DNA of 52,556 nt from a virus (lineage: Duplodnaviria > Caudoviricetes): IMG/VR virus record IMGVR_UViG_3300036829_000111, positions 1 through 52,556 of that record; one strand, written 5' to 3'. Positions 44,168 through 52,556 of the stretch are shown here, one piece after another; position 1 is the stretch's first letter; each line of letters starts with the position of its first letter. The notes below the pieces were generated by a model that saw only the letters and a list, made by a program, of their open reading frames with translations, ran no database searches and was not told the DNA's origin. The translations under genes were made by a program, and so were the position numbers.

Positions 44168-44575
44168 GTGACCGTGCCTCAGCCGCCTAAGTTCGAGCCT
44201 GCCAGGCGCAACGCACGGTCAGGTCCGGTCAGGCTCCCGGCCGAGGGACGGGAGGGCGACCCGCCGGAATGGCCGCTGGGCGGCCGTACTACGGCTGCGG
44301 AAAGAGCGGCCTGGGTCGACCTGTGGCGTACGCCGCAGGCGGTGGCCTGGGAGAAGCTGGGATGGACGCGGACAGTCGCCCGGTACTGCCGGGTCATGGT
44401 CGAGGCGGAGAAGCGTGACGCGACGCCGGCGCTCCTTGCGCAGGCGACATCCCTCGAGGATCGCCTGGGACTGACCCCGAAGGCGATGCGGCTGCTGTTG
44501 TGGGAGATCGTTTCCGATGAGGTGGCCGAGCAGCGGGCCGCCACCGACGTGCGGGCGCGGATTAAGGCGGTCTGA
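44168..44575 (+). CDS. Terminase small subunit
   Basis: W..LWRTPQAVAW...LEDRLGLTPKAM; coupled to terL. Confidence 0.88.
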   Translation: MTVPQPPKFEPARRNARSGPVRLPAEGREGDPPEWPLGGRTTAAERAAWVDLWRTPQAVAWEKLGWTRTVARYCRVMVEAEKRDATPALLAQATSLEDRLGLTPKAMRLLLWEIVSDEVAEQRAATDVRARIKAV

Positions 44576-46155
44576 TGCCGTGGCGCGGCCCGTCTGAGCC
44601 AGGGGAGTTCCCGACTCTCGGCTACGAGATCGGCGAGTGGATCGAGGCGCACGTCGTCATCCCGGACGGCTACCGCCGCGGGGAGCAGTACCTGCTGACC
44701 GATGAGATGTGGCGGTTCCTGCTGCGCTTCTACCGGATTGACGAGGCTGAACAGAGCCTTCGCTACTACGGCGGCCAGCTGCGCCGCTCGCAGAAGTGGG
44801 GCAAGGACCCGTTCGGCGCGGCGATCATCCTGGCCGAGGCCCTCGGCCCGGCGCGGTTCGACGGCTGGAATGCCAGCGGCGAGCCGGTCGGCAAGCCGTA
44901 CCCGACGCCGTACATCCCGTGCCTGGGGACGTCCGAGGAGCAGACGGACAACACGTATCTTCCGCTGCTGGACATGATCCGGCTGGGGCCGCTGGCCGAC
45001 CTGCCGGGCATGGACGCGGGGGAGACCCGGGTGAAGCTGCCGAACAGCGGCTCGATCGAACCGGTGACCGCCTCGGCGCGGGCGCGGCTCGGGCAGCGGA
45101 TGACGTTCGCGACCTTGACCGAATCGCACCTGTGGACGCTGCAGGGCGGATTCCGGCGCCTGGCCGGCGCAGTGAAGCGGAACATCGCGGGCATGGACGG
45201 CCGGTGGCTTGAGCTCACCAACGCGTGGGATCCGACCGAGGGCAGCGAGGCCCAGGTGACATCCGAGTCGGCCAACGACCGGGTGTACATCGACACGGTC
45301 GAGCCGCAGCGCGTGGAAGACCTTCAGGATGACGAGGCGCTGTACCGGGAGCTGCTGCGACAGTACGGGGACTCGGCGGCCGAGCGCGGCGGCTGGGTGA
45401 ACATCCGGGGCCGCATCATGCACGAGGTGCGCAGCGCCGCGCACCTTGAGGCGGACCGGCGCCGGTTCTTCCTGAACGAGATTGTCGTCGGCGAGTCGGT
45501 GTTCGTCGATCCCGTGCGCTGGGACCTGCAGGCACGCCCGGATGAGACTCTCGCGCCGGGCGAGCGTGTGGCGCTCGGGTTCGACGGATCGAAGTACCGG
45601 GACGCTACCGCGCTGGTGGCCTCGCGGAGGTCGGACGGGCGCCTGTTCGAGATCCGGATATGGGAGCGGCCGGAGGATGCCGGCCGGGACTGGCGCGTTC
45701 CCTCGGCTGATGTTGACCGGGTGGTGCGGGAGACGTTCGGCGCCTACGACGTTGCCGTGATGTTCGCGGACCCGTACCGCTGGCAGGACTACCTGGATGC
45801 CTGGGCGGTCGCGTTCGGCGCGGACCGGGTCGTGGAGTTCCCGACCAACCAGGAACAGCGGATGGACAAGGCGATCGAGCGGTTCACGACGGCGTTCGGG
45901 AACCTGGAGATCACGCACAGCGGCTCAGAGATGATGACGGGCCATTTCAAGAACGCCGTCGTGGTCAAGGGTGCCCGCAAGAAGCCGCGGCCCGGCGAGG
46001 AGCAGTCTCTCGCGACGCACTACCTGAAGATGGCCAAGCGCGGCGACGGAAAGCTCATCGACGCCGCTGTCGCCGGCGTCCTCGCGCATGAGGCACGGGC
46101 GTGGGCCGCTGAGCACGTCCCGGATGCCAGCGACCCGTTCGTCCTGTTCGGATAG
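44575..46155 (+). CDS. Terminase large subunit
   Basis: RSQKWGKDP P-loop, TNAWDP, LGFDGSKYRDATALV nuclease motif, IDAAVA. Confidence 0.95.
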   Translation: MPWRGPSEPGEFPTLGYEIGEWIEAHVVIPDGYRRGEQYLLTDEMWRFLLRFYRIDEAEQSLRYYGGQLRRSQKWGKDPFGAAIILAEALGPARFDGWNASGEPVGKPYPTPYIPCLGTSEEQTDNTYLPLLDMIRLGPLADLPGMDAGETRVKLPNSGSIEPVTASARARLGQRMTFATLTESHLWTLQGGFRRLAGAVKRNIAGMDGRWLELTNAWDPTEGSEAQVTSESANDRVYIDTVEPQRVEDLQDDEALYRELLRQYGDSAAERGGWVNIRGRIMHEVRSAAHLEADRRRFFLNEIVVGESVFVDPVRWDLQARPDETLAPGERVALGFDGSKYRDATALVASRRSDGRLFEIRIWERPEDAGRDWRVPSADVDRVVRETFGAYDVAVMFADPYRWQDYLDAWAVAFGADRVVEFPTNQEQRMDKAIERFTTAFGNLEITHSGSEMMTGHFKNAVVVKGARKKPRPGEEQSLATHYLKMAKRGDGKLIDAAVAGVLAHEARAWAAEHVPDASDPFVLFG

Positions 46156-46164
46156 GAGGCAGGC

Positions 46165-46320
46165 ATGGCGCTGACTGAGGGCACTCCGGGTGACTGGCAG
46201 CCGGGGAGTTACCCGGCCGCTGTCCATCTGGTGTACAAGGGCGATGACCGGGCGCCGATCCCCGTCGTGCACTGGCCGGCCGGTCCTGTGAAGCTCCCCG
46301 TCCCCGGGGAGGCGCAGTGA
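46165..46320 (+). CDS. Small hypothetical protein
   Basis: AGGAGG RBS; GTGA overlap with next gene. Confidence 0.55.
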   Translation: MALTEGTPGDWQPGSYPAAVHLVYKGDDRAPIPVVHWPAGPVKLPVPGEAQ

Positions 46321-46553
46321 CGGTTCTCGACACGGTCCCGGTCGACCGGATCACGGCGCGGGCCCGCGAGGTGCATTTCTGGCGGACCGTCCTCACGATC
46401 ATCGCCGGGCTGCTGTTCGGCCTCGGCTGGCTGGCGTACAAGACGGTCGCGGTGGCATGGCTGGCCGCGGCCTGGAGTGCGGTCGCTGTCCGGGAAGGCT
46501 GGCTAGAAGCTCGCAAGGGCCAGCTGAGGCGTGCCGCCGGGCACACCGGTTAA
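46317..46553 (+). CDS. Small membrane protein between terL and portal
   Basis: Hydrophobic core. Confidence 0.7.
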   Translation: MTVLDTVPVDRITARAREVHFWRTVLTIIAGLLFGLGWLAYKTVAVAWLAAAWSAVAVREGWLEARKGQLRRAAGHTG

Positions 46554-46577
46554 CGGAACTGCGCGGCGGGAGGGCTG

Positions 46578-47993
46578 ATGGGTCTCGTTGACCGGGTGAA
46601 TTCTTCCCTCTCCGCATCTTCGCGCGGCACGCTGCGGTCACGGTCGGATTCGCCGCTGTCGATCGACGATTACGCGAACTTCTTCAACTTCGGCGGCCTC
46701 GCCTACCCGATCGTCCAGACGACGCTGGGTTCGGTCGACCGCGAGCGGGTGGCGCTGTCGGCGGTCGGCGCCTATAAGGCGTCGGGGCCGATCTTCGCGC
46801 TGATCCAGGCGCGGCTGCAGGTGTTCAGCCAGGTGGCGTTCCAGTTCACGAGGCTGACGGGGTCGATGCCGGGTGACCTGTTCGGCACGCAGGACCTGCA
46901 GATCCTGGAGACGCCGTGGGCGGGCGGTTCCACGGCACGGCTGCTGTCGGTGATGGAGGTCGACAACAGCCTCGCGGGCAACAGCTACATCGTCCGGGCA
47001 CGCCCGGGCACGCTGTCGCGGCTGCGGCCGGAGTTCGTGACGATCATCCTCGGCTCCGAGACGGACGCCGAGTCGCCGGCCGACGCGCCGGACTGCACGG
47101 TCGCGGCCTACCTGTACACGCCGCCGTCCGGCAAACAGACCATTTACTTCCCCGGGGAAGTCGCGCACTACGCGCCCGTCCCGGACCCGTATTACCACTT
47201 CCTCGGCCAGTCGTGGGTGACGCCGGTGATCCGGGAGCTGGAAGGCGACACGCTCGCCACCGAGCACAAGACGCGCTTCTACGCGAACGCCGCAACTCCG
47301 AACCTGGCGATCAAGTTCGACCCATCGCTCGACATCACGAAGGTGAAGGCCTTCAAGGAGCTGCTGGAGGAAGAGCACCGCGGCGCGTTCAACGCGTGGA
47401 AGACGATGTACCTCGGCGGCGGCGCCGACCCGGTGACGGTCGGCATGAACTTCCGCGACATGGAGTACGCGGCGATCCAGGGCAAGGCGGAGTCGCGGCT
47501 GGCCGCCGCGGCGGGGGTCCCGCCGTCGTGGGTGGGCTTCTCCGAGGGCCTGCAGGGCTCATCGCTGAACGCCGGGAACTTCAACTCGGCGCGCAGGCGC
47601 TTCTCCGACGGCACGGTCTGGCACCTGTGGCGGGCTGCCGCCTCGGCGCTGGAGTCCGTGGTGAACGTGCCGCCGGGCGCGAACCTGTGGCCGGACACGC
47701 GAGTCCCGTTCATGCGAGAGGACGCCGGCGACCAGGCGGCGATCCAGGCGCAGCAGGCGTCGACGATCGGGTCGCTGATCAAGGACGGGTTCGACCCGGA
47801 CTCGGCGGTGAAGGCCGTCATCAACAACGACTGGTCGGTGCTGGAGCACACGGGCATGGTCTCGGTCCAGCTGAATCCGCCCGGTTCCGATGCGGCCAGC
47901 GGCGGTGCGGCCGGCGGTGGCGGTGCCGCGAACGGGCTGCCGCCGAAATCAGGTCTTGCCATGAAGGAAAGCGGCGACAGCGACCCGCTGTAG
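46578..47993 (+). CDS. HK97-family portal protein
   Basis: GNSYI...LRPEFV...GQSWV...FYANAATP...HRGAFNAWKTMYL...LAAAAGVPP. Confidence 0.93.
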   Translation: MGLVDRVNSSLSASSRGTLRSRSDSPLSIDDYANFFNFGGLAYPIVQTTLGSVDRERVALSAVGAYKASGPIFALIQARLQVFSQVAFQFTRLTGSMPGDLFGTQDLQILETPWAGGSTARLLSVMEVDNSLAGNSYIVRARPGTLSRLRPEFVTIILGSETDAESPADAPDCTVAAYLYTPPSGKQTIYFPGEVAHYAPVPDPYYHFLGQSWVTPVIRELEGDTLATEHKTRFYANAATPNLAIKFDPSLDITKVKAFKELLEEEHRGAFNAWKTMYLGGGADPVTVGMNFRDMEYAAIQGKAESRLAAAAGVPPSWVGFSEGLQGSSLNAGNFNSARRRFSDGTVWHLWRAAASALESVVNVPPGANLWPDTRVPFMREDAGDQAAIQAQQASTIGSLIKDGFDPDSAVKAVINNDWSVLEHTGMVSVQLNPPGSDAASGGAAGGGGAANGLPPKSGLAMKESGDSDPL

Positions 47994-48044
47994 CCGCCCC
48001 TGATCCCGATCCGTCCCCGCCCGTGCGCGCAGGGGCGGCTTTTC
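47992..48044 (+). terminator. Terminator-like hairpin between portal and protease
   Basis: AGCCGCCCCTG ... CAGGGGCGGCT followed by TTTCT. Confidence 0.55.
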
Positions 48045-48078
48045 TGTTGCCTAGCACCCTGGGAGGTCGCGGTGCCCG

Positions 48079-51000
48079 ATGAGCGATGAGGGCCGGGTGC
48101 GGCGCGCGCTGGCCGGGGACACGTCCCTGCTGGCGATGCGGGCATTCCCGCTGCGGGACATCGAGATCCTGTCGCGGGCCAAGGGCGGCGACGGCCGGAC
48201 GGTCACCGCGTACGCCGCCGTGTTCAACAAGCCGACGGAGATCGTCGACCAGGACGGGCACTACAACGAGCAGATCGCCCCGGTCGCGTTCAACAAGAGC
48301 CTCGCGGACCGGTCCCGGAAGATCGGCGTCTACTACAACCACGGCAAGACGCTGCACGGCACGCCGTCCGAGCGCGGTTCGGTGCCGCTCGGCAGCCCGC
48401 TGGAGCCGCCGCGGCCGGACGGAAACGGGCTGCTGACCGTCTCCCGGTACAACCGGACGCAGCTTGCCGACGACGTGCTCGAGGCGATCAAGAACGGTGA
48501 CATCACCGGCCAGAGCTTCACCGGCGTGTTCCTGCATTCCGACCCCGACAACGGCCCGTACTACGGCCGGAGCGGGCAGCTCACCACGGTGACGCGCCGG
48601 GAGATCGCCTTGGTCGAGTACGGCCCCACGCCTATCCCGGCCTACGAGGCCGCCGAGATCGTGGGGGTCCGCAACAGGGAGGGACGAATGTCCGGCGACC
48701 ACGATCACACTCACGACCGGGCGTCGGGCCCGGAACCGTACGAGCGGCATCCGGGCGAGGACGTGCAGTGCCCGGCGTGCGGCAAGTTCAACGACGACGA
48801 CGCGGTCTACTGCGACCAGTGCGGGAAGAAGATCCCGGACTCGGCGTTCCCGGCCGGCCCGCAGCCCTACCACCGGGACGCGGGCGAGACGGTGCAGTGC
48901 CCGAACTGCATGAAGTTCGACATGCCGGATGCCCGGTTCTGCGACCAGTGCGGGGAGCAGCTGCCGGACTCGGCGTATAACTCCGGCGGTGCCGCGGCGC
49001 CCGGGAACGCGGACCGGGCGGCGGCCCGCGCTCCCGGTGACGCCGGCGACGGCGAGGCGGCGGCCCCCGAGGATGAGCGCACCCGGGCGAACACGATGCT
49101 GTGCGAGCACTTCGGCTGGGAGCCGGGAGGCGCCGACGCGCTGGGCGACTCCGAGCGGAGCCTGCTGCTGGCCAGCATCAGCGAAGCCCACGGCGGCGGC
49201 GAGCACGAGCGCGCCAGCGTGGACGACAGCGCCTGGGACGGCAACGCCGCGATGGGCACGTGCAGCAGCGCCTCGGACTACCGGGCGATCTGCGCCGGGG
49301 AGAAGACCATCGGCGACCCGTCGGAGCGGCAGCACTGGGCACTCCCGCACCACAAGCAGCCCGGTGCGGCGCCGAACGCGGGCGGGGTCCGCAACAGCCT
49401 GTCACGGCTGCCGCAGACCCAGGACCTGAAGAACAAGAGCGCCGCCGAGGCGCACCTGCGGGCCCACATGCGGGCCATCGCCCCGGACTCCGGAGATTCC
49501 GGGTCCTCGAATTCTTCCGGCAGGTCAGAGCCTGCCGGGCCAGCCGCCGTCAACGGCACTGGAGCCGGCACGGGAACACCGCTCCCGCCGCCAGCCGAGC
49601 CGCCCACGCACTCGGTAAACCGCAGCACATCCAACGCAAGCACAGGAGAAGGAACGATGACCGAACAGGCCATGACGGTCGAGGAGCGGGCGGCTCGCCA
49701 GGACGAGATCCGGGCGCGGCTCGCCGAGATCGACAGCCAGTACACCGGCGCGGCGCTGCCCGAGAAGGCCCGCTCCGAGTGGAAGCAGCTGCAGGACGAG
49801 CTCGTGATCAACGAGGACGCGATCCGCGACGCCACCGAGCGCGCTACCTACCTGCGCACGATCGCCGCGCAGAACCCGGAGGCGACCGTGCAGGGTGCCG
49901 ACCCGGGCTCCGGCTACGCGGACGCGCAGGAGGCGCAGCGGTCCGGTGCCGTGCCGCAGCAGTCCCGCAGCGGCACCCCGCGGGCAATGTACGGGGCGCC
50001 GTACCTCTCCCGCCGGCCGCACAACATCTACGATGTCGCCGGCATGCGGCGCGAGGCCCGCAGCATCGAGGACCTGCCCGGCCTGTACCGGGACCGGGCG
50101 AAGTGGTCGCTGGAGGAGGCGACGTTCCCCGGCGACGGAAGGCCCCGCGAGGTCGTACAGGAGCGCGTCCAGCACCTGCTCGACACGCGGGATGACGTGA
50201 ACGGCACCCTCGCCCGCAACATGCTGTTGACTGGCAGCCCCGAGTACCGGCGGGCGTTCGGCAAGCTGCTGGCGCGGATGAACGTCGGCGCACTGGACCA
50301 GGCCGAGCAGCGGGCCCTCGCGATGGGCACCCCGGCATCGTGGCAGCCCGGCTCCTTCCCGGTGCCCTACCAGCTCGACCCCACGGTCACGCTGACCAGC
50401 AACGGCGCGATCAACGCGCTGCGGCAGATCGCCCGGGTCGAGCAGATCGTCGGCAAGGAATGGCTGGGTGTCACCAGCTCGGGGATCACGGTCACCCGCG
50501 CCAACGAGGTCACCGCGGCCACCGACGCCACCGCGTCGCCGTTCGCCATGAACCAGCCCGGCGTCGCCCCGACCCGCGTCCAGGCATTCGTGCCGTTCTC
50601 GGTCGAGGTCGAGCAGGACTGGAACGGCCTCATGGCCGAAATCGCCATGATGCTCGCCGACGCCAAGGACGTGGAAGAGGCGGCGACATTCCTCACCGGC
50701 GCGGGCACCGGGAACATCCCGCAGGGCGTCCTCACCGGCGTCACCGCCGGGGGCACCGCCCAGCAGATCACGACCGCAGGCACCGCGGCCGTGTCGCCCG
50801 GCGACGTGTACGCCCTGGAATCCGCCATGGCCCCCAGGTTCCGCGCCCAGGCGTCGCTCCTGGCCAGCAAGGGCGGATACAACGCGATCCGCGCCACGTT
50901 CCAGGCCTTCGCCTCGGCCGCCGGGGACGTGTGGGTCCGCCCCTCCGCCGGCACCGCGCCGGAACTCCTCGGCTACCCGGCCTACGAGAACAGCAACATG

Positions 51001-51213
51001 GCGTCCACGACAGCGACCGGAAACCAGGTCCTGCTAATGGGCGACTTCAAGCAGTTCATTGTGGTCGACCGGATTGGCATGTCCGTCGAGTTGATTCCCC
51101 ATGTGTTCGCTTCTGGCGGTCTCCCGCAGGGCCAGCGCGGGATTTACGCACTTTGGCGCAACTCCAGCCAGGTGCTCGTCCCCAACGCGTTCCGTTTCCT
51201 GCAGGCGCGATAA
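48079..51213 (+). CDS. HK97 prohead protease - zinc ribbons - unknown domain - major capsid protein fusion
   Basis: Protease motifs AYAAVFN, YNHG, GQSFT, EYGPTPIPAY. C-terminal HK97 capsid (FLTGAGTGNIPQGVL, LLGYP, GDFKQFIVVDRIGM). No internal stop. Confidence 0.93.
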   Translation: MSDEGRVRRALAGDTSLLAMRAFPLRDIEILSRAKGGDGRTVTAYAAVFNKPTEIVDQDGHYNEQIAPVAFNKSLADRSRKIGVYYNHGKTLHGTPSERGSVPLGSPLEPPRPDGNGLLTVSRYNRTQLADDVLEAIKNGDITGQSFTGVFLHSDPDNGPYYGRSGQLTTVTRREIALVEYGPTPIPAYEAAEIVGVRNREGRMSGDHDHTHDRASGPEPYERHPGEDVQCPACGKFNDDDAVYCDQCGKKIPDSAFPAGPQPYHRDAGETVQCPNCMKFDMPDARFCDQCGEQLPDSAYNSGGAAAPGNADRAAARAPGDAGDGEAAAPEDERTRANTMLCEHFGWEPGGADALGDSERSLLLASISEAHGGGEHERASVDDSAWDGNAAMGTCSSASDYRAICAGEKTIGDPSERQHWALPHHKQPGAAPNAGGVRNSLSRLPQTQDLKNKSAAEAHLRAHMRAIAPDSGDSGSSNSSGRSEPAGPAAVNGTGAGTGTPLPPPAEPPTHSVNRSTSNASTGEGTMTEQAMTVEERAARQDEIRARLAEIDSQYTGAALPEKARSEWKQLQDELVINEDAIRDATERATYLRTIAAQNPEATVQGADPGSGYADAQEAQRSGAVPQQSRSGTPRAMYGAPYLSRRPHNIYDVAGMRREARSIEDLPGLYRDRAKWSLEEATFPGDGRPREVVQERVQHLLDTRDDVNGTLARNMLLTGSPEYRRAFGKLLARMNVGALDQAEQRALAMGTPASWQPGSFPVPYQLDPTVTLTSNGAINALRQIARVEQIVGKEWLGVTSSGITVTRANEVTAATDATASPFAMNQPGVAPTRVQAFVPFSVEVEQDWNGLMAEIAMMLADAKDVEEAATFLTGAGTGNIPQGVLTGVTAGGTAQQITTAGTAAVSPGDVYALESAMAPRFRAQASLLASKGGYNAIRATFQAFASAAGDVWVRPSAGTAPELLGYPAYENSNMASTTATGNQVLLMGDFKQFIVVDRIGMSVELIPHVFASGGLPQGQRGIYALWRNSSQVLVPNAFRFLQAR
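48727..48978 (+). repeat. Tandem 43-codon zinc-ribbon repeat
   Basis: GPEPYERHPGEDVQCPACGKFNDDDAVYCDQCGKKIPDSAF / GPQPYHRDAGETVQCPNCMKFDMPDARFCDQCGEQLPDSAY. Confidence 0.9.
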
Positions 51214-51220
51214 CCATCAC

Positions 51221-51256
51221 GGCCCGGCCGGAAGCTGTCCGCAGCCCGGCCGGGCC
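51221..51256 (+). terminator. Hairpin after capsid gene
   Basis: GGCCCGGCCGG ... CCGGCCGGGCC stem without U-tract. Confidence 0.5.
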
Positions 51257-51284
51257 CGCTACTCACTGGGAGAGTGCCCGAGCA

Positions 51285-52436
51285 ATGCGCGTGCTTTTTC
51301 ATTCCCCGGGCACCAACCCGACCGGCTACGGGCAGCAGACCGCCCTGTTCGTCCCGCTGATCGCCTCCCTCGGCCACGAGGTGGCGATCTCCGCGTTCCA
51401 CGCCGTCCGCGGCGCGGCAACCGAGTGGAACGGGCACCGGGTCTACCCGGCCGGGCACGACCCGTACGGCTCGGACGTGCTGCGCGAGCACGCCCGGCAT
51501 TTCGGCGCCGACCTCGTCATCACGCTCATGGACGTGTGGGCGCTGAAACCGGACGCGGTGGCCGGCTTGCCGGTGGCTCACTGGATGCCGGTGGACTGCG
51601 ATGACGGCGGCGGTCTACAGGGCCGCGGCCTGTCGCTGCGAGACCACGTGCACCTGCGTGCCGGCGGAGGCGTGCCGGTCGCCATGTCCCGGTTCGGGGA
51701 AGCGCAGCTGCGCAAGTCGGGGCACGACCCGCTGTACGTGCCGCACGGCATCGACACGAACGTGTGGAAGCCGCCGGAGGACCGCAAGGCGCTCCGGGAG
51801 GCGATGGGCACCGCTGACTGTTTCGTGGTCGGCATCAACGCCGCGAACATCGACAAGACCCGGAAGGCGTGGCCGGAGCAGCTCGCCGCGTTCGCCCGGC
51901 TGCACCGCAGGCACAGTGACACGCGGCTGTTCGCGCACACGTTCCGGAAGACCGAGCCGGGGCTGAACCTGGCGGGGATCGCCCGGGACCTGGGTATCGC
52001 CGACGCCATCATGTGGCCGGACGAGTACATGCTGAAGTCCGGGCTGATCACGCCGGAGATGCTGGCCGCGACCTGCGGCACCTGGGACCTGTATTCCGGG
52101 TGCGCGATGGCTGAGGGGTTCGGGCTGCCGGTCCTGGAGGCGGAGGCGTGCGGCGTGCCGTCCGTGGTGACGGACGGGTCGGCGATGGCCGAGGTCGGAG
52201 CCGGGTGGAAGGTGCCGGGGGAGCCGGCCTGGTCCGAGCTCCACGCGGCGTGGTGGCGGAAGCCGTCGGTCGACGCCATCGCCAAGGTGTACGAGAAGGC
52301 CTACCAGGGCGGCCCGTCCTATGAGGCGAAGAAGGCGAAGGCGCGCGAGCATGCGCTGGCCTACGACGTCCAGCGGGTCCTGAAGGACCACTGGGAGCCG
52401 GCTTTGAAGACGCTTGAGGAGCGGCTGTGCGGCTGA
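51285..52436 (+). CDS. GT4-family (GT-B) glycosyltransferase
   Basis: TGYGQQ, YVPHGIDT, RK, EGFGLPVLEAEACGVPSVVTD. Confidence 0.93.
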   Translation: MRVLFHSPGTNPTGYGQQTALFVPLIASLGHEVAISAFHAVRGAATEWNGHRVYPAGHDPYGSDVLREHARHFGADLVITLMDVWALKPDAVAGLPVAHWMPVDCDDGGGLQGRGLSLRDHVHLRAGGGVPVAMSRFGEAQLRKSGHDPLYVPHGIDTNVWKPPEDRKALREAMGTADCFVVGINAANIDKTRKAWPEQLAAFARLHRRHSDTRLFAHTFRKTEPGLNLAGIARDLGIADAIMWPDEYMLKSGLITPEMLAATCGTWDLYSGCAMAEGFGLPVLEAEACGVPSVVTDGSAMAEVGAGWKVPGEPAWSELHAAWWRKPSVDAIAKVYEKAYQGGPSYEAKKAKAREHALAYDVQRVLKDHWEPALKTLEERLCG

Positions 52437-52556
52437 ACCTGGGCTGCGGCAGCGTTCCCGAACCCGGCTACGTGAACGTGGACGTGTGGGATCAGCCCGG
52501 CGTGGACGTTGCCCATGACCTGGACGTCTTCCCGTGGCCGTTCAAGGACGGCGAGG
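52427..52556 (+). CDS. Class I SAM-dependent methyltransferase, 5' part
   Basis: MRLNLGCGSVPEPGYVNVD...DVAHDLDVFPWPFKD; truncated by window edge. Confidence 0.88.
   Translation, partial: MRLNLGCGSVPEPGYVNVDVWDQPGVDVAHDLDVFPWPFKDGE

Overview
High-GC, gene-dense segment of an actinomycete temperate tailed phage or phage-plasmid. The host is inferred to be a filamentous Actinomycetota from WhiB, DUF397/DUF5753-type and TraB-type genes. The left arm (1-21435, minus strand) is a lambdoid-style early operon running away from a cro/cI switch: Rad52/Sak-like recombinase, HNH, Gp37/Gp68-family protein, RusA, an iteron-containing replication initiator, DnaC-like loader, SF2 helicase, DnaB, DNA methyltransferase and many small genes, ending at a serine resolvase cut by the window edge. 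The middle (21.6-30.6 kb) is a regulatory/accessory block with XRE regulators, a toxin-antitoxin pair, a second replication initiator and a DUF397/DUF6879/DUF5753-type module. From 30.7 kb a co-oriented plus-strand run carries a Streptomyces-plasmid/AICE-type conjugation module (small membrane proteins, two cell-wall hydrolases, TraA-like protein, TraB/FtsK translocase, SpdB2-like protein). It leads directly into HK97-type head genes: HNH, terminases, portal, a protease-zinc-ribbon-capsid fusion, then a glycosyltransferase and a methyltransferase. The most striking observations are the conjugation module inside a phage and a GIY-YIG-type nuclease next to traB that carries a near-copy of TraB's C-terminal winged helix, with candidate clt repeats between the two genes. 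No integrase, rRNA, tRNA or CRISPR array was recognised. All family calls come from motif recognition by eye; no database searches were run.
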